In this document: piece after piece, positions 1-9,877 of the stretch
How positions within the stretch are numbered: the first letter of the stretch is position 1
Layout of the letters: the number at the start of each line of letters is the position of its first letter
Source of the DNA: Acidobacteriota bacterium
GTDB lineage: Bacteria > Acidobacteriota > Vicinamibacteria > Vicinamibacterales > 2-12-FULL-66-21
Assembly: GCA_046734955.1 (NCBI GenBank)
Contig: JBKPSH010000004.1
Location: 43,944-107,943 of the forward strand
DNA length: 64,000 nt
Reading direction: 5' to 3'
The notes under the pieces: generated by a model
What the model was told of the DNA's origin: nothing
The model's input: the letters and a program-made list of their open reading frames with translations, nothing else
The model's database searches: none
Position numbers and translations under genes: made by a program

Positions 1-1078
1 CCGCAAGTTCGGCGAACGTCGGAAACAGATCCCAGTGCGCCGCCGCATACGTCGTCGACGTCGCCGCTGTGATCGTGCCGGGCCAGCTCGCGATCATCGG
101 GACGCGAATGCCGCCTTCGTACATATCGCGTTTGATTCCGTGGAGTCCGCCGGAACTCTTGAAGAACTCAGGGTCGGCTCCCCCTTCCTGGTGCGGGCCA
201 TTGTCGCTCGTGAAAAGCACGAGCGTCCGCTGATCGACCCCACGGGTGTGCAACAAATCCACAATGCGGCCGACATCACGATCCATCCGCGAGATCATTC
301 CGGCAAAGGCGGCGTGGGGCGTGGGCTGCGACCGATACCCGAGCGATGGTTCGTCAGGACCCGTCACCTTTGCGTCGGCCGCCTCATTGACGAATGCCTT
401 CTCAGGAAATCTTCCTCGGAACGGTGCAATCGAATCGTCTGGAACTCGAAGCTCGGCGTGCGGGACCGTGTAGTTCAGATAGATGAAGAACGGTCGGTTG
501 TCGCTCTGCTCGATGAACGACATCGCATCGCGGGTGAACAGATCGTTCGAGTACTCGTTCTGATTCACGTCGACGCGCTGGCCATCACGATAGAGATGAT
601 CGGTGAACTGCCGGTGCGCATGCGTCTGCGAGAGATAGCCAAAGTAGTGGTCGAAGCCCTTTCGATCCGGTCGTCCAGGTGATTCGGATTCTCCGAGTCC
701 CCACTTGCCAATCATGGCGGTGCGGTAACCGGCATCTTTCAACAGCATCGCTACCGTGCGATCGTCAGGTCGCAGCGAATTCCCGGCGACGTTACCGCGG
801 ATCGACGTGTGCCCGGTGTGAAGCCCGGTCATCAGTGCCGCTCGTGACGGTGCGCACACGGTGCTGCCGGAGTAGTAGCTGATGAACCGCAGGCCGTTGC
901 GCGCCAGGCGATCCAGGTTGGGAGTCTGAAACATCGCCTGGCCGTAGACACTGACATCGCCGTAGCCGAGATCATCTGCCTGGATGAGGAGGATGTTTGG
1001 CTTAGACGGCTGTTGCGCCTGCGGAGGCGCTTCAAAACAGACACACGCGAGCGCAATACCAAACGCGAATAGGCGCAT
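1..1078 (-). CDS. Arylsulfatase (sulfatase family), 3' end outside window
   Basis: Manual translation from ATG at 1078: MRLFAFGIALACVCFEAPPQAQQPSKPNILLIQADDLGYGD...TVCAPSRAALMTG. Signal peptide, DDLG metal motif and CxPxR formylglycine motif. Absent from the ORF track because it runs off the edge. Confidence 0.9.
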   Translation of the reverse strand, partial: MRLFAFGIALACVCFEAPPQAQQPSKPNILLIQADDLGYGDVSVYGQAMFQTPNLDRLARNGLRFISYYSGSTVCAPSRAALMTGLHTGHTSIRGNVAGNSLRPDDRTVAMLLKDAGYRTAMIGKWGLGESESPGRPDRKGFDHYFGYLSQTHAHRQFTDHLYRDGQRVDVNQNEYSNDLFTRDAMSFIEQSDNRPFFIYLNYTVPHAELRVPDDSIAPFRGRFPEKAFVNEAADAKVTGPDEPSLGYRSQPTPHAAFAGMISRMDRDVGRIVDLLHTRGVDQRTLVLFTSDNGPHQEGGADPEFFKSSGGLHGIKRDMYEGGIRVPMIASWPGTITAATSTTYAAAHWDLFPTFAELA

Positions 1079-3222
1079 CATTTGGCCAACGGATCAGGAC
1101 GGATCTGGAAATGGAGAACCTTGCTCGTCGTCCCCTTGCCCGTCTCCATGTGGAACGGTGCGCGAGTGCTGACCGTCGCCCACAATCCCTTTCCTTTCCA
1201 GCCCGCTTTCGGATCGTCGATACGGCCGTCCATCCATTTGGTGTAGAAGCCGGTCGGATACGGCACGCGCAAGACGATGAACTTTCCGTCTTTCAGTGCG
1301 AGCAATCCTTCAGATGCGTTTCCCGTGTTGATGGGTGTGTTCGCGCCGAGTCCTGACGTGTCGAACTGATCGACCCACGTGTAATAGCTGGCTTCCGCGC
1401 TGCCGGAGTCAGTGACGTTCTTCAGTTGCGGCAGCGGCTCTTTGTAGAACGTCCAGCCTTCCGGGCAGTGCTGCCCTGTCGCGGTCGGACCGTTGAGCGG
1501 CCCCTTGCACTTGCGTCGATCGAAACTGCCCATGTGTCCGCTGGCCAGCGCCACCCATGCGACACCATTTCGATCGACGTCCATGCCGCGCGGCGAATAG
1601 CCCTCAACCGGGACACCGTCCTTCACCGGCGGCTCGAAGACTTCAGCGAGCGTGCTCGCAGGAGGATTCGCCCCCGGACTCAAACGAATAATCGCCCCGG
1701 GAAAGCCGAGCACTGAGCCCCATACAGATCCATCCGGCGCCGGCGAGACGGCGTAGAATGCGCCGCCGAAGCGCTTGTCCTTCGTCGGATCCACTGGCTG
1801 ATTCGGCTCGACGGCGTCATCACGTTTGCCGTTGCCATTGGTGTCCATGATGACCGCGGTCCATCCTTGCGATTTTTCTTCGTCGCCTGTCGCCTCATAC
1901 ATCTTCGTGTTCAACCATCCGACCACCTGCCCGCCGCCGCTCGTCCACAGCGTGTTGTTCGCATCCTCGGCGAACATGAGGTGATGCGTGCTGAAGCACG
2001 TGCTGATGTGTGTGAGCTTGCCGCTCTTCGGGTCGTACATTGCGAGCTGACGTCCCGAGCGCTCAATCGGCGTCAGTTTGGCTGAGGGATGCTCCGATCC
2101 CGATTTGCAAAACGCCGGGTTATCCGGTGGGCGCACCGCCGACGTAATCCACACCCGCCCTTTCTCGTCGAACATCGGGTTGTGGACGTTGTTCTTGCTC
2201 TTCCAGATTGGCTCGGTCGCCCAGTAGGCCGACGGCTGAATCATCAACTGTGACGTCTGCGGCGTGTTCGGATCTCGAACCGTCAGCTTTACCTGACCGA
2301 TCGCGTTCTCCTGCGGATCGAGCACCGGCAGATAGTCCGCGCTGAGTTCGAGCGCGCCGTAAATCTTGCCATTCGGGTTCAGCGTCGGATTGCGGCGATC
2401 GGTCGACACTTCGTCATGGAGGTACGCCTTTGGATCGGCCCAGTCCCACTCGGTGATGACGACGTTGCGTTCGATGCCTTGCGGCCGCGGCGGCGCCTGC
2501 GGCACTTCACCGGCGGCAATTCGATCCGTCCAGTCAGCGAACAGCGCGAGCGCGCGATCGTGACCGAGACCACCGAGCGTCTGGATCATGTTCGTGCCGG
2601 CCTGCCCGGATTGCAGCCGTCGCTCCCATGCCAGCACCGAGGACGGGTAATCGTCGAACTCTTTCGGCAATTTGCGCGTGCCGGGTGTGCCGAGCTGATG
2701 GCATGCGGTGCATCCGCCGGATTTGATCTGCCGGATCCAGTCGGCCTGGTTCTTGACGTTTTGACCGATCCCTGCACCGCCAGGAAACTCGTTTTTCTCC
2801 GGCACCTTCAGCAACGATAACCAGTAGCCAGACGGATAGATCTCTGCCGCCGCGCGCGCATCCGGTGCCGGCACCGCCGTCAGGTTCAGCGCTTTGCCCG
2901 GCAGCCCCTTCGTCTTGGGTGAATCGACCAGACCGTATCCGCGAACCCAGACGTTGTAATTCGCCTTGGGGAGATCCGGGACGAGATAGCGTCCGCGATC
3001 GTCGGTAACGACGATGCGAACGAAACGCGTCGGCAGGTCGGTCGTCTCGGCGATCACCCAGACACCAGCTTCCGGCCCTTTCGGCCCGGTCACTACACCG
3101 CCAATGTCGTCTCCGTCGACCGCAACCGCCGTCGGAGAACCTTGTTGTGCGCTGCTCGCGCCAAGCGCGAGGGCACAAACCGCTGCCACGAAAACCGCCT
3201 GGACAATTCGGATGGTCTTCAT
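1078..3222 (-). CDS. Secreted carboxypeptidase-regulatory-like domain protein with a CxxCH motif and C-terminal beta-propeller-like region
   Basis: ORF 1078..3363; likely start MKTIRIVQ at 3222 after GAGG. Signal peptide, IGGVVTG...TDDRGRY prealbumin-like domain, CTACH motif. Confidence 0.75.
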   Translation of the reverse strand: MKTIRIVQAVFVAAVCALALGASSAQQGSPTAVAVDGDDIGGVVTGPKGPEAGVWVIAETTDLPTRFVRIVVTDDRGRYLVPDLPKANYNVWVRGYGLVDSPKTKGLPGKALNLTAVPAPDARAAAEIYPSGYWLSLLKVPEKNEFPGGAGIGQNVKNQADWIRQIKSGGCTACHQLGTPGTRKLPKEFDDYPSSVLAWERRLQSGQAGTNMIQTLGGLGHDRALALFADWTDRIAAGEVPQAPPRPQGIERNVVITEWDWADPKAYLHDEVSTDRRNPTLNPNGKIYGALELSADYLPVLDPQENAIGQVKLTVRDPNTPQTSQLMIQPSAYWATEPIWKSKNNVHNPMFDEKGRVWITSAVRPPDNPAFCKSGSEHPSAKLTPIERSGRQLAMYDPKSGKLTHISTCFSTHHLMFAEDANNTLWTSGGGQVVGWLNTKMYEATGDEEKSQGWTAVIMDTNGNGKRDDAVEPNQPVDPTKDKRFGGAFYAVSPAPDGSVWGSVLGFPGAIIRLSPGANPPASTLAEVFEPPVKDGVPVEGYSPRGMDVDRNGVAWVALASGHMGSFDRRKCKGPLNGPTATGQHCPEGWTFYKEPLPQLKNVTDSGSAEASYYTWVDQFDTSGLGANTPINTGNASEGLLALKDGKFIVLRVPYPTGFYTKWMDGRIDDPKAGWKGKGLWATVSTRAPFHMETGKGTTSKVLHFQIRPDPLAK

Positions 3223-3240
3223 AGTTCCTCTTCGTTTACG

Positions 3241-3336
3241 CCGAGGGGCTTCGCCCTCGGACTCCCCTACACCGTCGCTCGCGGGGGCCCGGCGCCCCGC
3301 TCCGCTCCGGTGGCTCGCTCGCTGCGCTCGCTCGCC
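3241..3336. repeat. REP/MITE-like palindromic element, copy 1
   Basis: ccgagggg-cttc-gccctcgg actcccctac ... gctcgctcgc; a similar sequence occurs at 4302. Confidence 0.7.
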
Positions 3337-3363
3337 TCTTTCCTCGAACGCCTTACAACACAA

Positions 3364-4293
3364 TCATCCGAACATCGTGCGGACGACGAACCACATATTA
3401 GCCGGACGCTCGGCGAGACGCCGCATATACCAGGGGAACCAATATTCGCCGTAGCTGATGAGCACACGCAAGCGGCGTCCCTCGCGCGCGAGGCGGAGCT
3501 GCTGCCCGCGCTGGATGCCGTACAGCATCGCGAACTCGTACGCGGATGTTGGCACATTTTGGTCGCGGATGTAGGCCGCGATCCGATCCGCAAGGGGGAT
3601 GTCGTGAGTCGCAATATGCAGAAGCGCGCCGGGCTTCCGCGCGTCAGCCGACAGCAGCCGCGTGCATAACTTGAAATAGTTGGCGTCGACGTCCGCTTTT
3701 TTCGGAAACGCGACCGATGGTGGTTCGAGGTACGCGCCTTTGACGATTCGAATCGCAGCGCCGAGCGGAATAAGCGATTCGACATCCCTTTCGGTGCGAT
3801 ACAGATATGCCTGCAGCGCGATGCCCACCCGTGGCGTGCGCGCTCGGGCCCGCCGGTACAGTTCGATCGTTCGATCGACATAGGGGGAACTCTCCATGTC
3901 GATCCAGACGAAGTTACCCAGCGCGTCTGCGCGCTCAATCAGTCGATCGAGGTTGCGTTCGCACAGCGCACGATCGAGATCGAGGCCGAGCTGTGTCGGT
4001 TTGATCGAGATGTGCGCGTCGAGTCCGGCCCGGTCGACGCGATCGAGCACGTCGAGATAGTGCGTCGTAACCTCTTCGGCTTCCTCGACGCCGGTGAGAT
4101 TCTCTCCCAGCTTCGTCAGAATCGTCGTGATGCCCTGTGGCTTCAGCTCCGCCGCGGCGCGCAGCGCATCGTCGATCTGCTCTCCTGGCATGAAGCGCGA
4201 CACCGACCGTCGCACGAATGCTGTCTTCGTCGCTCGATCGCGCAGCCACGGATTCGTGGATCCTGCGAGCAGCGCTTTTCGCACCATCGACAT
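3364..4293 (-). CDS. Monofunctional proline dehydrogenase
   Basis: SIKPTQLGL, WIDMESS, LQAYLYR, RIVKGAY, IATHD, EFAMLYG, YMRRLAERP motifs. Confidence 0.93.
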   Translation of the reverse strand: MSMVRKALLAGSTNPWLRDRATKTAFVRRSVSRFMPGEQIDDALRAAAELKPQGITTILTKLGENLTGVEEAEEVTTHYLDVLDRVDRAGLDAHISIKPTQLGLDLDRALCERNLDRLIERADALGNFVWIDMESSPYVDRTIELYRRARARTPRVGIALQAYLYRTERDVESLIPLGAAIRIVKGAYLEPPSVAFPKKADVDANYFKLCTRLLSADARKPGALLHIATHDIPLADRIAAYIRDQNVPTSAYEFAMLYGIQRGQQLRLAREGRRLRVLISYGEYWFPWYMRRLAERPANMWFVVRTMFG

Positions 4294-4301
4294 GTTTCAC
4301 T

Positions 4302-4457
4302 CCGAGGGGTTGCGCCCCTCGGACTCCCCTACCCGCTCGCTCGCGGGGCCCCGTAAGCCCCACGCCGCTTCCACCTCCGCGAAAGCTACGGTGGACGCGC
4401 CGAAGCGCCTTGGGCGCGAAGGCGGGCGCGTCGGCTGACTCGCGCGCTCGTTCGCCC
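4302..4457. repeat. REP/MITE-like element, copy 2, with a ~56-bp nested REP of a second family (about 4371-4426)
   Basis: Aligns by eye with 3241-3336 on both sides of the insert ccacctccgcgaaagctacggtggac...gcgaaggcggg. Confidence 0.65.
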
Positions 4458-4486
4458 AGCGTCTGTATGACTGGTTTCGCATTGTC

Positions 4487-5278
4487 CTACAGCACGCTCT
4501 TGATCAAACCGCCGTCCACCTGCACCGTCGCGCCAGTCATGTACGACGCGGCTTCCGACAGCAGAAATGCACCAACGCGTCCGAACTCAGGGGGTTCCCC
4601 GTATCGTCCAGCGGGAATCGCTGAAATCGCTCGCGCCTTTGCTTCTTCGGGCGACACACCCTGTTTCTGCGCGTTCACCTGATCGAGGTGACGAACGCGA
4701 TCGGTGTCGATGCGCCCGGGAATAATTTGATTCACACGGATTTTCGACGGGGCAAGTTCGATTGCGAGCGTCTTGGCCAATGCAGATACGGACGCGCGCA
4801 ACACGGTGGACAGCCCGAGATTCTGAACCGGTTCTTTCACCGATGACGACGTGGAAACGAGAATCGAGCCGCGACCACGGGCTTTGATGTGCGGCACCGC
4901 CGCACGCACCATTCGGATCGTGCTGAAAAGTAACAGGTCCGCCGCGTCCTGCCATGCTGCATCGTCGAACGAGATCGCCAGTCCGGCCGGCGGACCTCCG
5001 GAATTGGTCATGATGCCATCAATGCCGCCGAACTTCTCCGCGCTCGCGGAGATCCACTTGTCGATCGCTTCCTTCGATCGCACATCGACGGACGTAGCGA
5101 TCACGGTGGCTCCAGTCCCTTGCTCGATCGTCTTCGCCGCCGACGTGATCGATGCCTGGTCACGCGACGAGATCGAGACGATTGCCCCTTCCGCCGCAAG
5201 CGCGTGCGCAACGGCATATCCCAGCCCTTTGCTGGCGCCAGCAATCAGCATGACTTTGTTCTTGAGTTGAAGATCCAT
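4487..5278 (-). CDS. SDR family oxidoreductase
   Basis: AGASKGLG Rossmann motif, NSGGPP, PGRIDTDR, QVDGG. Confidence 0.92.
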   Translation of the reverse strand: MDLQLKNKVMLIAGASKGLGYAVAHALAAEGAIVSISSRDQASITSAAKTIEQGTGATVIATSVDVRSKEAIDKWISASAEKFGGIDGIMTNSGGPPAGLAISFDDAAWQDAADLLLFSTIRMVRAAVPHIKARGRGSILVSTSSSVKEPVQNLGLSTVLRASVSALAKTLAIELAPSKIRVNQIIPGRIDTDRVRHLDQVNAQKQGVSPEEAKARAISAIPAGRYGEPPEFGRVGAFLLSEAASYMTGATVQVDGGLIKSVL

Positions 5279-5284
5279 GTATCT

Positions 5285-5354
5285 CAGTTTCCAGTTTCCA
5301 GTTTCCAGTTACCAGTTTCCAGTTACCAGTTACCAGTTTCCAGTTTCCAGTTTT
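5285..5354. repeat. 7-bp tandem array (CAGTT[T/A]C) x10
   Basis: Directly visible; ends 6 bp from the SDR start codon. Confidence 0.95.
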
Positions 5355-5360
5355 TGGTCG

Positions 5361-5400
5361 CCGGATCCCGCATCCCGGATCCCGGATCCCGGATCCCGCA
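5361..5400. repeat. 7-bp tandem array (CCGGATC) x5+
   Basis: ccggatc ccgcatc ccggatc ccggatc ccggatc ccgca. Confidence 0.93.
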
Positions 5401-5411
5401 GCAATTGAGGA

Positions 5412-6311
5412 TTATTTCGCAGTCCATGTCTCCACCCACTGCATCACGCGGTCGAGCGCTTCTCGCGTTGTTTGATCGAGCACTGCGCCTGGCGCTCGCG
5501 TCGCCGGAGTCGCAAGCGCGCCGCGGCGATGGAGCACTTCCTTCCGAATCGCCATCCCAATCCCTTCTTGAAACTCGAACCGCATCAGAGGGACCGCCCG
5601 ATAGAACGTGTCGGCCGCCTCCTCGACTCGACCGGCGCGGAACAGCTTCACAATCTGGACGAGTATCTCGGGAAACGCAAACCCGGTCATGGCTCCCGTC
5701 GCACCCGCCAGAAGTTCCTCGAGCAGGAACACGCCGCCAAGCCCGCCAAAGATCCGGACGGGCGTCTCTCCAGCCGCTTCGATGATGCGCGAGGTCTTGA
5801 ACGGCGTCGGCGGGTCTTCCAGTTTGATCGTACGGGCGCGAGGAATCTCGCGCGCGATGCGGGCGAGAAGTGCGGGCTCCATCGTGAATCCGGAAATCGG
5901 CGGGTAATCCTGAACGACAATCTCGATGTCGGACGCGTCGGCCAGCGCTTGGTAATGGCGCACGACAGCCTCCGAGTTCAGCTTCGGCATGCGCGGTGGA
6001 CTGACCATGACCGCGGTGGCGCCGATCTCACGCGCATGGCGGCTGTATGCTATGCAGGTCCGAGTTCCCTCGGACGTGGTTCCGGCCACGACACCGATGC
6101 GCCCCTGCACATGCTCAACCACAACCTCGAGCACGCGCCGGCGCTCAGCATCGTCGAGCCGCGCGACCTCACCCGTGACGCCGAGCGCCGTCACACCGTT
6201 GACGCCTGCATTTATAAAGAGGTCAATCACTCGACGGAGACTGGCCTCGTCGAGGTCGCCATTAGCTTGAAACGGAGTTGGAAGAACCGAATAGACGCCT
6301 TCTAATTGCAC
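5412..6311 (-). CDS. Dihydrodipicolinate synthase (DapA-like) family aldolase/dehydratase
   Basis: PTPF, LGVTGE, IKLED Schiff-base lysine, GAMTG. Confidence 0.88.
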   Translation of the reverse strand: MQLEGVYSVLPTPFQANGDLDEASLRRVIDLFINAGVNGVTALGVTGEVARLDDAERRRVLEVVVEHVQGRIGVVAGTTSEGTRTCIAYSRHAREIGATAVMVSPPRMPKLNSEAVVRHYQALADASDIEIVVQDYPPISGFTMEPALLARIAREIPRARTIKLEDPPTPFKTSRIIEAAGETPVRIFGGLGGVFLLEELLAGATGAMTGFAFPEILVQIVKLFRAGRVEEAADTFYRAVPLMRFEFQEGIGMAIRKEVLHRRGALATPATRAPGAVLDQTTREALDRVMQWVETWTAK

Positions 6312-6328
6312 GGAGGCTCCTTACTTCG

Positions 6329-6381
6329 TGGGTGCCACGGGCGCCATGGGTGCCACGGGTGCCATGGGTGCCATGGGTGCA
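6329..6381. repeat. 9-bp tandem array (GGGTGCCA[T/C])
   Basis: About 6 units; its reverse complement resembles the GGCACCCTT arrays at 33113 and 41155. Confidence 0.9.
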
Positions 6382-6490
6382 CGATAGTGGCCGCTGCAAA
6401 TCACGATTGTTGATCAGATGGTCGGTCGGAAGCGACCAACCGATTAGCGCCTGTGCACGTCTCACCGTTCGGCTTTTGGGAGCAGGACTT

Positions 6491-8959
6491 ATGACTGACA
6501 TTCGAGATGCCTTTCGCACGCTCAAGGCGACCCCGATCGTGACCCTCGTGGCGATCCTGTCGCTTGCGCTCGGCATTGGCGCGAACACGGCAATTTTCTC
6601 CATTCTCGACACGTTGATGCTGCGGACGCTGCCGGTGAAATCACCGGGCCAGCTGGCGGTGCTCGGTATTGGAAACTCCGGACGCGACTCGTGGACCAAT
6701 CCGATCTGGGAACAGATCCGCGATCGACCGGATCTCGTTGACGGCGCGTTCGCGTACTCGTCGACCAGATTCAATCTGTCGAGCACCGCGCAAACCGATT
6801 ACGTCGACGGGTTCTGGGCGAGCGGACGGATCTTCGATGTGCTTGGTGTTCCTGCCATGCTTGGCAGGACCTTTACTGAGGCAGACGACCATCGTGGCGG
6901 CGGACCGGATGGCGCGGTCGCGGTCATCAGTTATCGCTACTGGCAGTCGCGGTATTCGGGCGCAACAAATGTCATTGGACAGCACCTGACGATCGAACGG
7001 ACACCCTTCACGATCATCGGCGTCACGCCGCCGGAATTCTTCGGCATCGAGGTCGGCCGTGGGTTCGACATTGCCGTTCCGATCGGAACCGAGCCGCTCG
7101 TGCGAGGCAAGGAAAGCGCCCTCGATCGCCGCTCGTACTGGTGGATGAGCATCTTCATCAGGACGAAACCGACCCAGACCTTTGCGGAAGCCACCGCTGC
7201 CCTGCGTGGGGTTCAGCCTCAGATTCGCGAAGCCACGATGCCGCAGAATTTCCGTCCGGAAGATAAGGCCAATTACTTGAAGGAAGGCTTTGTTCTCACG
7301 CCGGCGGCAACCGGCAACTCGTCGCTTCGCGATCGGTATCGCACCGCGCTCATCACGATCATGGGCGTGGTCGCGCTGGTGCTGCTGATTGCGTGTGCGA
7401 ATATCGGCAACCTGCTGCTCGCTCGCGCGACGGTGAGACGCCATGAGATGAGCGTGCGACTCGCGCTTGGGGCATCACGCGGCCGGTTGATCCGCCAACT
7501 GCTGACCGAAAGCCTGCTCCTCGCCAGCTGCGGCGCGGCTCTTGCGGTGCTCTTTGCTCGATGGGGAGCGACGCTGCTCGTTCGTCAACTCTCGACGGCG
7601 ACCAACACGGTTTTTCTGAACATCAGCCTCGACTGGCGAGTGCTCGGATTCACGGCTTTGATTGCGGTCGCGACGGCGTTGCTCTTCGGCACGGCGCCGG
7701 CGTTTCGCGCGTCAGCCACGACTCCCAACGAAGCGCTGAAGGCGCAAGGCCGTAGTCTGGTTGGCGATGCACGGTTTGGTCTGGGAAACCTTCTCGTCGT
7801 CGTTCAAGTTGCGCTGTCGCTCCTGCTTATCGTGGCAGCGGGACTCTTCATCCGGACATTCTCGTCGTTGTCGAATGTGCAACTCGGATTCGATCGCCAT
7901 CCCATTCTCGTCGCGAACGTGAACGCCGCGCGCGCGGTGCCGTTACCGGAAGAGCGCGCCGCCTTGTATGAACGGCTTCGGCAAGCTGCCGCTGCCGTTC
8001 CCGGCGTCGCAACCGCCGCCGCGTCGGCGGTGACACCGGTCAGCGGCAGTACCTGGCAATTCGCGATCGAACGTATGGACGGCCGAGAGATCGCGCGGGA
8101 CGATCGCGGGGTATATGTCAATCTCGTCAGCCCGGGCTGGTTCCAAGCCTTCGGCACACGCTTCCTCGGCGGGCGCGATTTCAACGATCGCGATACCAAG
8201 ACAGCCCAGCATGTCGTCATCGTGAACGAAACATTCGCCCGAAAGTTCACCAACGGAGCGAATCCGATTGGGCACCATTTCAGACAGCCCGATTACCCCG
8301 ACAGGCCGGCATTCGATCAGGAAATCGTTGGTTACGTCCAGGATGCCGTGTATCGTTCGCTCAGGGCACCGGTGCCGCCGACGATGTACGTCCCAATCGC
8401 ACAACACGCCGAACCACCGTCAGGCATTTCGATCAGCGTACGGGCGGCGGGCGGTTCGCCAGCAGTGCTGACCAAAAGCGTCGCCGCAGCGCTCGCCGCC
8501 GTGCATCCGGACATCACGATGTCGTTCCGGCCACTCGCCGAGCAGGTCAACAGCTCGCTCATACAAGAACGGATCGTCGCCATGATGTCCGGATTTTTCG
8601 GCGCGCTCGCACTACTACTCGCCGGGCTTGGCCTCTACGGGATCACGTCCTATGCCGTGAGCCGCAGACGGACTGAGCTGGGCATTCGAATGGCGCTCGG
8701 TGCGGGACCGGGTGGTGTTGTCAGGCTTGTCCTTCGACGCGTCGCGATCCTCATTGCCATCGGTGCGATTGCCGGCACGATCGCCAGTTGGACTTTGGCG
8801 CGGTTCGTCGCGACATTGCTCTACGGCCTGCAGCCTCACGATACCGCCACACTCGGAGGCGCAGTGTTGGTTCTCGTAGCCATCGGCGCACTTGCGGGCT
8901 GGATCCCGGCGCGCCGCGCCTCTCACATCGATCCGGCGAGGGTATTGCGGGAAGGATAG
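6491..8959 (+). CDS. ABC transporter permease, ADOP-type (duplicated MacB/FtsX)
   Basis: Start MTDIRDAFR after AGGA; LALGIGANTAIFS, LLIACAN, RTELGIRMALGA, PARRAS motifs. Confidence 0.9.
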   Translation: MTDIRDAFRTLKATPIVTLVAILSLALGIGANTAIFSILDTLMLRTLPVKSPGQLAVLGIGNSGRDSWTNPIWEQIRDRPDLVDGAFAYSSTRFNLSSTAQTDYVDGFWASGRIFDVLGVPAMLGRTFTEADDHRGGGPDGAVAVISYRYWQSRYSGATNVIGQHLTIERTPFTIIGVTPPEFFGIEVGRGFDIAVPIGTEPLVRGKESALDRRSYWWMSIFIRTKPTQTFAEATAALRGVQPQIREATMPQNFRPEDKANYLKEGFVLTPAATGNSSLRDRYRTALITIMGVVALVLLIACANIGNLLLARATVRRHEMSVRLALGASRGRLIRQLLTESLLLASCGAALAVLFARWGATLLVRQLSTATNTVFLNISLDWRVLGFTALIAVATALLFGTAPAFRASATTPNEALKAQGRSLVGDARFGLGNLLVVVQVALSLLLIVAAGLFIRTFSSLSNVQLGFDRHPILVANVNAARAVPLPEERAALYERLRQAAAAVPGVATAAASAVTPVSGSTWQFAIERMDGREIARDDRGVYVNLVSPGWFQAFGTRFLGGRDFNDRDTKTAQHVVIVNETFARKFTNGANPIGHHFRQPDYPDRPAFDQEIVGYVQDAVYRSLRAPVPPTMYVPIAQHAEPPSGISISVRAAGGSPAVLTKSVAAALAAVHPDITMSFRPLAEQVNSSLIQERIVAMMSGFFGALALLLAGLGLYGITSYAVSRRRTELGIRMALGAGPGGVVRLVLRRVAILIAIGAIAGTIASWTLARFVATLLYGLQPHDTATLGGAVLVLVAIGALAGWIPARRASHIDPARVLREG

Positions 8960-8985
8960 GTCGTCGCTGCTCAACGATTCGAGGA

Positions 8986-9834
8986 TCAGCGATTAGAGTG
9001 ATCAGCGATGAGCGATTCGCGCGAAGCGGCGATGACGTCGCGCGCACTCCAGCCGCGGGCGCGCAGATCGCGAACCCCTGTATCACCGTCCGACTTGCTC
9101 AACTTCTGATCGGCACTTTTCATAATGAGCGGGTGGTGGAAGAACGTTGGTGGCGTCGTGCGTCCGAGCAGTCTGGCGATCCGGATCTGACGGCCGGTGG
9201 ATGGCAAAAGGTCGATACCACGAACCACGTAGTCGATGCTCTGACGCCAGTCGTCGACGGTGACGGCGAATTGATACGTCCAGTTGCCGTGGCGATCGCG
9301 AAGCAGGACGTCGCCGCATTGCGCCGCTGGATCCTGACGCTGCAAGCCGAGCCGCGCATCCTCGAACTCCTCGATTCCTGGCTCGACGCGCAATCTCCAG
9401 CCGTAGCCGCCGATGATAGGGTGGTGCTTGTCGCGGCAACGACCGGGATATAGCAATTCGGTTGGCTCGATATTCGGTGACCGCGTCGACTCCGCTGCGA
9501 CACGGCGTGAACAATCACACGCATAGACGAGCCCCTGCTGTCGAAGAATCTCGAACGCCTCCAAATAGATGTCATGGCGATCGCTCTGACGACCCTCGCA
9601 ACGGCCCGATCGATATGCGGCCGTCGGATAGATGTCAGGTCCATAGCCGAGCCAATCAAGATCATCGAGGATGCCGATCTCGAATTGCTTCCGCGATCGA
9701 ATTCGATCGTGATCCTCTATCCGCAAAAGGACACGTCCGCCCAGCGCCTGCGCGTGTCGCCACACGAATTCGGCATTGAGGACGTGGCCGAGGTGCAGCC
9801 AACCGGTTGGGGCCGGCGCAAAGCGCGTCAGCAA
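8986..9834 (-). CDS. gluQ: tRNA glutamyl-Q(34) synthetase
   Basis: TRFAPAPTG, HLGH, RIEDHD, YACDC, VVRGIDL, KLSKS; short GluRS paralogue lacking an anticodon domain. Confidence 0.85.
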   Translation of the reverse strand: MLTRFAPAPTGWLHLGHVLNAEFVWRHAQALGGRVLLRIEDHDRIRSRKQFEIGILDDLDWLGYGPDIYPTAAYRSGRCEGRQSDRHDIYLEAFEILRQQGLVYACDCSRRVAAESTRSPNIEPTELLYPGRCRDKHHPIIGGYGWRLRVEPGIEEFEDARLGLQRQDPAAQCGDVLLRDRHGNWTYQFAVTVDDWRQSIDYVVRGIDLLPSTGRQIRIARLLGRTTPPTFFHHPLIMKSADQKLSKSDGDTGVRDLRARGWSARDVIAASRESLIADHSNR

Positions 9835-9877
9835 GGGTCTTCTAGGTTCTCCCGGGTTCGGCCGGATTTGACCAGGT

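Noticed and set aside
5285-5400. Possible CRISPR array (also 33113-33200 and 35176-35389)
   Set aside because: Units are 7-9 bp contiguous repeats without unique spacers, or just two diverged copies; no cas genes are present.
6278-6490. ORF-track N-terminal extension of the ADOP permease (WVPRAPWVPRVP...)
   Set aside because: It is a translation of the 9-bp repeat; the family-typical start with an SD is at 6491. The same applies to the extensions of ORFs at 3363, 19812, 28670 and 38180.
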